Assembly: GCA_050950825.1 (NCBI GenBank)
Contig: JBMNIH010000006.1
Coordinates: 1-64,000, forward strand
Source of the DNA: Clostridia bacterium
Lineage (GTDB): Bacteria > Bacillota > Clostridia > JAAYHZ01
DNA: 64,000 nucleotides
Direction of reading: 5' to 3'
Every line of letters begins with the position of its first letter. The first letter of the stretch is position 1. Below the pieces are notes generated by a model. The model did not search any database. It was not told the DNA's origin and worked only from the letters and a program-made list of their open reading frames with translations. A program made the position numbers and the translations under genes. Below are positions 1-8,607 of the stretch, in pieces.

Positions 1-466
1 TTTGTTCGTCGAGCGAGGTTCCCGTCAGTTTCGCAAAATTCCTCAGTAACTCTATGAATTGACCGAATAAGAGGTTTTCGTCCTCGGGATGCTCCGTCAA
101 ATATTCATATACTCTTTCCCGAAAGTAATACAGCGTTCTTTCCGATATGTAAATCTCGCCAAGCGTTTTCCCTCCGACGGCATAAGTCGTTTGATAATCA
201 AGATATAGGGAATCCAAAAGATCTTGATCATTCAGATCTTTCATATACTTGATATATTCCAAAGACAGCAATATATTCACAGGTGTATTCGGTCTGCCTG
301 TCTTGCTGTACAATTTCGTAAAAGGTTCTTCGTTGATATGGCAAAATACATGTTCATAGAATACAGGTGCCCAAGATTTTTTAAATCTTTCGCGTGCTTT
401 TTCATGCATCCAATCGAGACTTGAGAAAATCGGTTGTTGTTTATGTGAATCGTTTGCTCTGAACAT
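1..466 (-). CDS. IS1182-like transposase, 5' part only (truncated by window edge)
   Basis: Matches the N-terminus MFRANDSHKQQPIF of the 37571-39157 transposase. Confidence 0.88.
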   Translation of the reverse strand, partial: MFRANDSHKQQPIFSSLDWMHEKARERFKKSWAPVFYEHVFCHINEEPFTKLYSKTGRPNTPVNILLSLEYIKYMKDLNDQDLLDSLYLDYQTTYAVGGKTLGEIYISERTLYYFRERVYEYLTEHPEDENLLFGQFIELLRNFAKLTGTSLDEQ

Positions 467-611
467 AAAATATATCTCCGGAAAATTCAAAATATGGATT
501 AATGAAACATATCTATTTTACCATAAAACCTGTCTCAAGTCTAGTGTTTTCAAGTGTTTCGAGGCTTTTTAAGAGCCTTTTATGAAATTTTCTAGGTACA
601 TATATAATGTA

Positions 612-755
612 CCCTATAGCTTGGACACTTTGGGTTTTCAAAACCCTTACCATCGGACATTAGGTTTTTGAAAAAACCCTACATTTCGGACAATAGATTT
701 TATATAATCCCTGTTGTTCGGACACATGCATTTTCAAAACCCTATATTCCGGACA
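612..755 (+). repeat. Five tandem CCCT-N7-GGACA motifs (copies of the IR core) at 31-33 bp spacing
   Basis: CCCT at 612, 644, 677, 709 and 740, each followed by exactly 7 nt and then GGACA. Confidence 0.85.
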
Positions 756-819
756 AGAACAGTTTTTGACTTCAATTCAGATGCATATTACAATAAATGT
801 AGTTGGATTGGAGGCATAT

Positions 820-1224
820 ATGGCAAATAAGAAATTTACCCCAGAAGAAATGTCCGAGTTAAGAAAAAGCAAGTATGTTCTGGATGTATCACCAAGCACT
901 GTACACTTCTCTGCGGAATTCAAAAAAGAATTCTGGAATGCACTAATGCAAGGGAAATTACCAAAAGATATAGTTAAATCTCTTGGCATTAATCCCGAGA
1001 TACTAGGCGAAATAAGGATTGGCGGATTAAAAACAATGATCCGTAATGAAGTAAAAAAAGGCAATGGATTCCGTGACTTGAATACTTATATGCAAGCTGG
1101 AAACGGCTATATGTCAGCAGAAAACAGGATTAAATACCTAGAGATGCAACTGGCATATAAGGAGCAAGAGATAGAGTTTCTAAAAAAAATTGTATCTTTA
1201 GATCCGGAGGCACGGGAATTATGA
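820..1224 (+). CDS. IS3-family transposase OrfA
   Basis: GGAGG RBS before ATG 820; C-terminal coiled coil ending QEIEFLKK; A8 slippery run at 1182-1189. Confidence 0.85.
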   Translation: MANKKFTPEEMSELRKSKYVLDVSPSTVHFSAEFKKEFWNALMQGKLPKDIVKSLGINPEILGEIRIGGLKTMIRNEVKKGNGFRDLNTYMQAGNGYMSAENRIKYLEMQLAYKEQEIEFLKKIVSLDPEAREL

Positions 1225-2180
1225 TCATTCCTGCAAATGCCAAGTATAAAATCATACAAGAAACAGTAGCACTGCATGGGAATCTTTTAAATGTTTCTGT
1301 CCTGTGCGAAATCGCTGGTGTTTCTAGATCCGGCTATTATCACTATCTCACTACAGAAGAAGTTAGAAAACAGAAAGAAGAACAGGATCAACAGGATTTT
1401 CTTCTCATCATAGAAGCATATAAACACAGAGGATATGATAAGGGTGCACGTGGGATTTATATGAGATTACTGCATCAGACTCCACCGGTTGTCATGAACA
1501 TAAAAAAGATTCGGCGTCTTATGAAGAAGTATGGATTAAAATGCCCAATTCGCAAAGCAAATCCATACAGACGTATAGCAAAAGCGATAGGTACTTCCTA
1601 TGTCGCTCCAAATCTCCTGAATCGCGAGTTTGAGGAACATGGACCACGGAAAGTTCTGCTTACAGATATCACATATATTATTAACGGTAGAGCACCTAGA
1701 TGCTATATGTCTACTATTATAGATGCCTGTACAAAAGAACTCCTAGCATGGGTAGTGAGTCCATCTTTGGAAGTTGATTTTGTACTTGAGACAGTGAATC
1801 AGCTCATTGAAAAACATGGGATTTCCTTAACGGCAGAAACCCTAATCCACAGTGATCAAGGGTCACATTACACTAGTCTTAGTTTTATACAGCTGATTAA
1901 AAACAGCGAATTAAGGCAGTCAATGTCCAGAAGGGCAAACTGCTGGGATAACGCTCCGCAAGAGTCCTTCTTCGGACATATGAAGGATGAAATTCATATC
2001 GAAGAGTGTAACACTTATGAAGAAATCCTATCAGCAATAACTGACTGGACAGAGTATTATAACTACGAAAGATATCAATGGGATTTAGCAAAGCTATCTC
2101 CTGCAGAGTATTACAAATATTTAACAACTGGCGAGTATCCACTAAATATACCCAAGCCAAATGGATTCAAGGAGAGCTGA
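1221..2180 (+). CDS. IS3-family transposase OrfB (rve DDE core), in the -1 frame to OrfA
   Basis: Motifs LTDITY, IHSDQGSHY, SMSRRANCWDNAPQESFFG. The -1 frame is open from the A8 run to ATG 1221. Confidence 0.93.
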   Translation: MIIPANAKYKIIQETVALHGNLLNVSVLCEIAGVSRSGYYHYLTTEEVRKQKEEQDQQDFLLIIEAYKHRGYDKGARGIYMRLLHQTPPVVMNIKKIRRLMKKYGLKCPIRKANPYRRIAKAIGTSYVAPNLLNREFEEHGPRKVLLTDITYIINGRAPRCYMSTIIDACTKELLAWVVSPSLEVDFVLETVNQLIEKHGISLTAETLIHSDQGSHYTSLSFIQLIKNSELRQSMSRRANCWDNAPQESFFGHMKDEIHIEECNTYEEILSAITDWTEYYNYERYQWDLAKLSPAEYYKYLTTGEYPLNIPKPNGFKES

Positions 2181-2190
2181 TGGGAAGGCA

Positions 2191-2361
2191 GCGTTTATGC
2201 CGCGAAAGCCTCTTGACAATGAGAGCCCGGCATGTTAGGCTATCTGACCGGGCATCAACCACCTCCAGAGCCCTTCTGCCTTGTTCAGCATGGGGGATGC
2301 CTCTGATGCCAGCAAACATGCCGGCAGAGGCTCGTTGTCAAGAGGATCGTGGAATAAATGC
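2191..2361 (+). ncRNA. Candidate structured ncRNA or hairpin module, copy A, 3' of the IS3 transposase
   Basis: Long imperfect inverted repeat, homologous to 16386-16553(-) with compensatory substitutions. Confidence 0.6.
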
Positions 2362-2579
2362 GGAAACCTGACTCCGAAACACCGGTATGGTAGTACTCAA
2401 AGTCCGGGACAGGTGAATCAACAGCCACTGAATACTCATTTATGAATTGAAATCAAAAACTCATTTTGTCCTTGACAAAGGGTACACTTTAAATTGTATA
2501 GATTTACTTGAGTTTTTGCAGTAGAATCATATGATATATTAAAAATCATAATACAGAATACCGGAAAGGTGAGATTACA

Positions 2580-3404
2580 ATGGCAACAGTAAGAGATAAG
2601 CTTTGGATGTTTGGAAGTCGCGCTCATGATGACGATATTTGGCTTGGCAAAAGCAGTGAACATCGTTTCACACGATGGTCAAGAATAACTCCTGCCGAAG
2701 GCGCTTTCATGCTGGATATACCCAACATGATACTCGTGAATTCGGACGGTATACCGGTTCCGTTTTCCGCCGATGCTTACGGCTATGCCGAAAGCTTTTG
2801 TCGTATGAAAAAAGTGTTGTGGAGTATTACGGGCTCCGGCGGCTTTCGGATCGGTAACGAAGAAGAATTCATATGCGATCTTGCCGAAAAATATCCGAAT
2901 ATTACGGGAGCTTTTCTAGACGATTATTTCAACATATTTTTAACAAACGACTCCGATGCGAATGAAAGAATATATAACGACTTGAAAAGCATAAGAGAAA
3001 AATTAAGCAAAGCGAATCGTCCTATGGAATTGTATGTGGTTTGGTATACCCATCATTTTCAAGCCATAGATCCGAAAGTGATGCAATTTATCGACGGTTT
3101 GACCTTATGGACATGGGAGTATCGGAACCTGAAGCGGATATCGGATAACTTCGAATTTACGGAAAAATTATTCCCCGATAAGAAAAAGCTGTTGGGAATA
3201 TATCTGCTCGATTATCCGTCAGGCATGCCTGTACCGAATGAGTATATGGAGCTTCAATGCGAATACGGCCTGAAGCTATTGAAAGAAGGTCGAGCGGACG
3301 GCCTTATCATATGCACCAATTGCGTTATGGGCGTAGGGCTTCCCTCGGAAAAATGGCTTCGCGGTTGGATTGAACGTGTTAAAGATATAGAAATTCCGGA
3401 TTAG
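2580..3404 (+). CDS. Hypothetical protein (possible TIM-barrel glycoside-hydrolase-like fold)
   Basis: 274-aa ORF with AAAGGTGAG RBS; GAFLDDY motif is only suggestive. Confidence 0.7.
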   Translation: MATVRDKLWMFGSRAHDDDIWLGKSSEHRFTRWSRITPAEGAFMLDIPNMILVNSDGIPVPFSADAYGYAESFCRMKKVLWSITGSGGFRIGNEEEFICDLAEKYPNITGAFLDDYFNIFLTNDSDANERIYNDLKSIREKLSKANRPMELYVVWYTHHFQAIDPKVMQFIDGLTLWTWEYRNLKRISDNFEFTEKLFPDKKKLLGIYLLDYPSGMPVPNEYMELQCEYGLKLLKEGRADGLIICTNCVMGVGLPSEKWLRGWIERVKDIEIPD

Positions 3405-3708
3405 ACAATTTACTTTTCTTTTTTAAGCTTTCAAAATGGTGACGGAAAATTAAATTAGAAGATGAAAACTGCGAATTGACATGAAGTTAAAGAGGCGATT
3501 CGTATGTCTTATCTGTAACATGCCGGGGGGAGACAAACGGGGTCTATTATCATGTGGAATACGAGATTATCTCCCCGGCTATATATAGCTTCGGCGGCTA
3601 TCCCGTTTTTATTAATATGAATTGTATGATATAATGGTATTAAAGAGATATAACACTTTTTGGCAATCTGCGTCTTTTCTTTTAGATGTTTTGTCAGGGG
3701 GATATAGA

Positions 3709-4644
3709 ATGAATGGAAATAAGGGTAGGAAAAAGGTACCTGAAGATGACGGCGTATCGTTAGCTTATGAAAACGATCTGATTGTGAAACTAAGGTTCGG
3801 CACACTTGTATTCCGCATAATATTGGATAATAATTTTTTTAGCCCCTACGAGGTGGAATACATCGAAAGACATAATCATGCAATCTATGAAATCCATTAT
3901 GTTCTTTCCGGAACCAGCAACATTGTTGTGGATAATAAAGAGCTTCAAATTCATCCCGATACGTACTACATCATTGCTCCTAATGTCTATCACGAGCAAA
4001 GGATCAATACAAAGGATCATGTGCATAAATATATGTTTTTCATCGACTACCAAATATTTAAAACGGAAAATAGTATATATCCCGAAGAAGAAGAGGAGAG
4101 AAATATATTGGATGCCTTTAAAAGCATTCGTTTTTTTAGTCAAAAAGGTATAAAAGATCATCTTTTTCTGTTAAATGAAATTCGCAAAGAGCTTCAAAAT
4201 CTTCAAGTGGGGTACTATTCGAGGGTACAGTCCATTTTCAAATTGCTGTTGATTCAAATCGTTCGAGATATCCTCTCCGGTAAAAAGGCAGATTACAGGG
4301 TTCCTTTCGGGTCGGTAGACGAGAAAAAAACCCTTATCATAGAAAAATTCTTTGATACCGGCTACCACCGGGATATAACGGCGGAGCAGCTGGCAAATCA
4401 GCTTCATGTCAGTATCCGTCAGCTGAATCGTATTATGAGAGACAAATACAACATGACCTTCATGCAAAAATTAATCGAAATACGCATGGAAGCGGCAAAA
4501 AAATATTTGGAAAGTACGGATCTATCCGTGAATGAAATATCGAAAAAAGTCGGCTATGATTCAGAAAGTAATTTTTATCATACCTTTAAAAAAATGAACA
4601 ACTGTACGCCCGGAGAATACCGTCAAAGGCTTTGCAAAAAGTAA
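3709..4644 (+). CDS. AraC-family transcriptional regulator with cupin sensor domain
   Basis: HNHAIYEIHY cupin motif; C-terminal EISKKVGYDSESNFYHTFKKMNNCTPGEYR signature. Confidence 0.92.
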   Translation: MNGNKGRKKVPEDDGVSLAYENDLIVKLRFGTLVFRIILDNNFFSPYEVEYIERHNHAIYEIHYVLSGTSNIVVDNKELQIHPDTYYIIAPNVYHEQRINTKDHVHKYMFFIDYQIFKTENSIYPEEEEERNILDAFKSIRFFSQKGIKDHLFLLNEIRKELQNLQVGYYSRVQSIFKLLLIQIVRDILSGKKADYRVPFGSVDEKKTLIIEKFFDTGYHRDITAEQLANQLHVSIRQLNRIMRDKYNMTFMQKLIEIRMEAAKKYLESTDLSVNEISKKVGYDSESNFYHTFKKMNNCTPGEYRQRLCKK

Positions 4645-4674
4645 GAGTATCATTTGTTTTTTCAATAGTATTAA

Positions 4675-6634
4675 TGATTCTACTGCAAAAACTCAAGTAA
4701 ATCTATACAATTAATGTACCTAGAAAATTTCATAAAGGGCTCTTAAAAAGCCTCGAAACACTTGAAAACACTAGACTTGAGACAGGTTTTATGGTAAAAT
4801 AGATATGTTTCATTAATCCATATTTTGAATTTTCCGGAGATATATTTTATGTTCAGAGCAAACGATTCACATAAACAACAACCGATTTTCTCAAGTCTCG
4901 ATTGGATGCATGAAAAAGCACGCGAAAGATTTAAAAAATCTTGGGCACCTGTATTCTATGAACATGTATTTTGCCATATCAACGAAGAACCTTTTGCGAA
5001 ATTGTACAGCAAGACAGGCAGACCGAATACACCTGTGAATATATTGCTGTCTTTGGAATATATCAAGTATATGAAAGATCTGAATGATCAAGATCTTTTG
5101 GATTCCCTATATCTTGATTATCAAACGACTTATGCCGTCGGAGGGAAAACGCTTGGCGAGATTTACATATCGGAAAGAACGCTGTATTACTTTCGGGAAA
5201 GAGTATATGAATATTTGACGGAGCATCCCGAGGACGAAAACCTCTTATTCGGTCAATTCATAGAGTTACTGAGGAATTTTGCGAAACTGACGGGAACCTC
5301 GCTAGACGAACAAAGAACCGATACGACCATGTTCGTAAGCAACATCAAGAAAGCGGGTCGATTGGCATTGGCTTACGACGTATTGGAGAAAGGGGTAAAA
5401 GCCATTCCGAAAGAACAAAGACCCGAATCAATGGGGAAGGTTCTTGAAAAGGATTTCAAAACCGAAATGCTGCATAAGGTAAGAACCGTCGATACGGAAA
5501 GCAGGCTTACGACGCTTTTGTCTATGAGCGCGGAAGCTCTCAAGATATTGAAGGAACTGCCCGACAAGAAAGAATCGGACGAAGTTCGCATACTTGAACG
5601 GTTCATCAAAGAACAGTCGGAGACCGATGAAAACGGTAACCTTGTACCGAAGAAGAGCAAAGAAATCTCGTCCGATTCGCTTCAATCCGCCTATGACGAG
5701 GACGCCACCTATCGAAAGAAAGGCAATAAAGGGCAAAGCGGCTATGTACTTGAGGTATCGGAAACCTGCTCGAAAGACAACAAAGTTCAATTGATTACCG
5801 ATTACGCCGTTAAGCCCAACGTTGTAAGCGACAAAGAAATATTAAGCGGGCGAATCCGAAAGGTCAAAGAAAACACCGGATGTACCGACATGTACATAGA
5901 CGGAGGTTTTCACTCGGAAGATGTTTACAAAGCCGCGGAAGCCAATGATGTCCCAAATTCATTTGACGGACATGTGCGGACGGAAGCCGTCGGACAAGAT
6001 CTCGGTGAGTGAGTTTGAAATAAAAGAAGAAACGGGACTGATTGAAAAATGCCCTGCGGGTCATATGCCTTTCCGATCGGTTAGAGCGAAAGGACAATTG
6101 GTGGCATACTTCGAAACAGATGTTTGTCTGCAATGCGAGCATTTTAACAGATGCTACAGCAAGCAACAGAACAAAAACTGTGTGGTGAGAATCAGTGAAA
6201 AAGCAATGGAAACCGCAAGGAAACGAGAAGAAATAGCCACTTGCAGGAAGGAAAACGTTAGTAAGAGAGCGGGAATCGAAGGAACCGTTTCGGCGTTGAA
6301 ACGCACAGGACTGAATAATATGAAGGTACGCGGTTTGATTAAATCAACCGTTGTATGCGGATTCTTATCAATGGCGCAGAACATAAAACGAGTTATCAAA
6401 TTTTTGCAAGGCGGATATGCAAAAGTAACAACTTGACAAACAAAAGGGATTATTGTGCCTTTTATTAGGCAAAAGGTAAAAAACACATGAAAACTACCTC
6501 GATTTGATATCGAATCGAGGTAGCTGATACCCAAATTCGGGACGTTTATCGCAATTGAATACCATAAATTGGATTTTATTATGTCATTAGTGTAATTTTA
6601 CGAGTGTAAGAATGAGCTTTTTGCAGTAGAATCA
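4675..6634 (+). mobile_element. IS1182-like element, copy 2 (1960 bp), TSD TTAA
   Basis: Terminal IRs TGATTCTACTGCAAAAA / TTTTTGCAGTAGAATCA; TTAA at 4671-4674 and 6635-6638. Confidence 0.92.
4849..6436 (+). pseudogene. IS1182-like transposase, frameshifted
   Basis: One extra C at 5952-5954 (GATGTCCCAAAT versus GATGTCCAAAT in copy 3) splits the ORF into 4825-6012 and 5921-6436. Confidence 0.85.
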
Positions 6635-6725
6635 TTAATATTTTCTTTCTATTCCTCCCTCGGTCTGCTATACTGAAACCGTTCATTTTCTTTGTGTTTT
6701 CAAAGGAGATAAGGAGGGAAGAGTC

Positions 6726-8480
6726 ATGGTTCATATGATAGGAACGCCTGTCAGAGAAGGCGGGATTATGGGTCATTGCGTAGGAAAGGACAAAAACGGG
6801 AAGCTCAACACCTTGTACATGAGTTTTACCCAAGCGGGAAAACCGTTGGCTTTCGTGGCGCTAAACTTGGATACAAGGGAAGCTATAACCTATCGAGCTC
6901 CGAGAGATGACGGCGCTTGGGGAACCTATGCCGCATCGGACGGCTGCGTCTATATCGGCACCTACGGAACCGGTTCTTTGTATAAGTTCGACCCGAAAAA
7001 AGAAAAAATCGAGGATTTGGGTACCGGTATACAAAGCGAATCCTATATCTGGGACTTTGCGGAGGACGATTACGGAAACCTTTACGGCTGCACCTACGGA
7101 AACGGAAAGCTTTTAAAGTACAATTTAAAAACCGGAGAAAAAACGGACTTAGGAAGATTTCATGAAAAACTGGCGTACAGCAGGCACGTATTCAAGCATA
7201 AATCCGGTAAAATTATATGCTCCATGGGAACAAGTCCTTTGGGGATCGGGATTTACGATCCCGTTACCGACGAAAAGAAGTTCGTACCGTATCCGGATAC
7301 CGAAGCTACCGGTTTTTTAAGAATCTTCTATGACGAAGAAGGAAACCTTTACTCGGAGTACGCCGATAAGCTATATCGGATTGACAACGATTCCTTCATC
7401 CCCTTTGAAGGGAAGGTTACCGAGAAGCCTCGATTGGTTTTGGAGGACGGCTCGAAAATAACAAAAGTAGCCTCCGGTTCGATTACGCTGGAAAAGCCGG
7501 ACGGGACGACGGAGAATATCGAATACACATACGATTCCGCCGGTGCGGAAATCTTTATGCTCCATAAAGGCCCGGACGGAAAGATATACGGAAGCACGGC
7601 ACTGCCCTTAAAGATGTTTTCTTACGATCCGAAAACCGGAAAAATGGAGAACTTAGGCGTACCTTGTAGCGCCGGAGGGGAAATCTACTCCATGGTGAAT
7701 GTAGGTGAGCGGCTGTTTACCGCGGCTTACGGCCATGCCATCGTATCCGCCTACGATCCGAGCAAGCCTTGGAATTTCGGTTTCGAGGAAGGGAACAATC
7801 CCCGTCAGATTCATGCATTCGTCAGCCACGGACAAAACCGTCCTAAGCAAATGTGTGTCGCCTCCGACGGGAACATCTACATCGCCACCACCCCGTGCTA
7901 TGGCCAGGTAAGCGGTGCTTTATGCCGATTGAATCCCGTAACATACGAATACAAGGTATGGCGCGGTATTGTGGAAGACGATGCGTTAGAGTCGGTAGCC
8001 GCCATCCCCGGCACCCCCTATATCTGCGCCGGAAGCACATACGAAACCGGCTTGGGCATTTATGACGGGAACTACCGTGACGCTTATTTGTTGCTTTTCG
8101 ACGTTGAAAAAGAAGAGGTTGTACACCGTTCACAGCCGGTCAAGGGAGGTAAACTCATCGTTGACTTGCATTACTACAACGGTCTTATGTACGGTCTTGT
8201 GTCCGGAGGCCGGCTCTTTGCTTACGATTATGTAAAAAGAGAAACCGTAACGGTTAAAAAGCTTCCGGTGAATAACGTTCTCTGGCCGGGACTTCATATT
8301 ACGGAAAAAGGCGTTTTGTATTTCGCGGGAGATCAAACTCTGTACCGAATGAATTTGCCGGAGGGAGACATTCAAACGGTGGAAAAAGTCCCCGATTGGA
8401 TATTGGGATTCGTCGTTGACGAAGAAGATAACAAATTGTACGGAAGTGTAAAATCCACATTGTTTTGTATCGATCTATGA
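6726..8480 (+). CDS. Beta-propeller repeat protein (PQQ/WD40-like), function unknown
   Basis: Repeated DG.IY.GT...L..YDP blade motifs; AGGAGG RBS. Confidence 0.8.
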   Translation: MVHMIGTPVREGGIMGHCVGKDKNGKLNTLYMSFTQAGKPLAFVALNLDTREAITYRAPRDDGAWGTYAASDGCVYIGTYGTGSLYKFDPKKEKIEDLGTGIQSESYIWDFAEDDYGNLYGCTYGNGKLLKYNLKTGEKTDLGRFHEKLAYSRHVFKHKSGKIICSMGTSPLGIGIYDPVTDEKKFVPYPDTEATGFLRIFYDEEGNLYSEYADKLYRIDNDSFIPFEGKVTEKPRLVLEDGSKITKVASGSITLEKPDGTTENIEYTYDSAGAEIFMLHKGPDGKIYGSTALPLKMFSYDPKTGKMENLGVPCSAGGEIYSMVNVGERLFTAAYGHAIVSAYDPSKPWNFGFEEGNNPRQIHAFVSHGQNRPKQMCVASDGNIYIATTPCYGQVSGALCRLNPVTYEYKVWRGIVEDDALESVAAIPGTPYICAGSTYETGLGIYDGNYRDAYLLLFDVEKEEVVHRSQPVKGGKLIVDLHYYNGLMYGLVSGGRLFAYDYVKRETVTVKKLPVNNVLWPGLHITEKGVLYFAGDQTLYRMNLPEGDIQTVEKVPDWILGFVVDEEDNKLYGSVKSTLFCIDL

Positions 8481-8541
8481 TATAGAATGAAAAAGTGCGG
8501 GTTGCATGTAACGATAATTCGAGTTTAAATAAGATTCACTT

Positions 8542-8571
8542 TCCGCCCACCTGATGCATCAGGTGGGCGGA
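8542..8571. repeat. Perfect 30-bp palindrome upstream of the ABC exporter operon
   Basis: TCCGCCCACCTGATG/CATCAGGTGGGCGGA. Confidence 0.85.
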
Positions 8572-8607
8572 TTCGCCAAAAAAGAAATCGACGGTTGGAA
8601 CGGTGTC

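Larger units (their letters stand above)
603..2491 (+). mobile_element. IS3-family (IS150-like) insertion sequence nested in the IS1182-like end
   Basis: Inverted ends TGTACCCT-N7-GGACA (608-627) and TGTCC-N7-AGGGTACA (2467-2486); orfA/orfB organisation. Exact ends are ambiguous by a few bp. Confidence 0.88.
1..2529 (-). mobile_element. IS1182-like element, copy 1 (runs off the window start; its left end is interrupted by an IS3-family element)
   Basis: 1-602 is nearly identical to copy 3 (offset 38691). The rest of the terminus (TGTATAGATTTACTTGAGTTTTTGCAGTAGAATCA) resumes at about 2492-2529. Confidence 0.9.

Noticed and set aside
612-755. Regularly spaced repeats considered as a mini-CRISPR array
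   Set aside because: The period is only about 32 bp, the conserved part is 9 nt and matches the IS's own IR, and there are no cas genes in the window.
2191-2361. Hairpin considered as 6S RNA, an integron attC site or a simple terminator
   Set aside because: It has no large central bubble as in 6S RNA. GTTAGGC and AAC are in the reverse order to attC R''/R' boxes and no integrase is present. It is far too long for an intrinsic terminator and lacks a U-tract.
2078-2371. 97-aa ORF overlapping hairpin A, considered as a passenger or toxin gene
   Set aside because: It overlaps orfB and has no clear RBS. The A/B alignment contains single-base indels, and conservation follows base pairing rather than codons.
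3517-3561. AACATGCCGG...GTGGAATA, resembling the 3' half of the conserved hairpin
   Set aside because: The intervening sequence does not match and the 5' arm is absent; probably coincidental.
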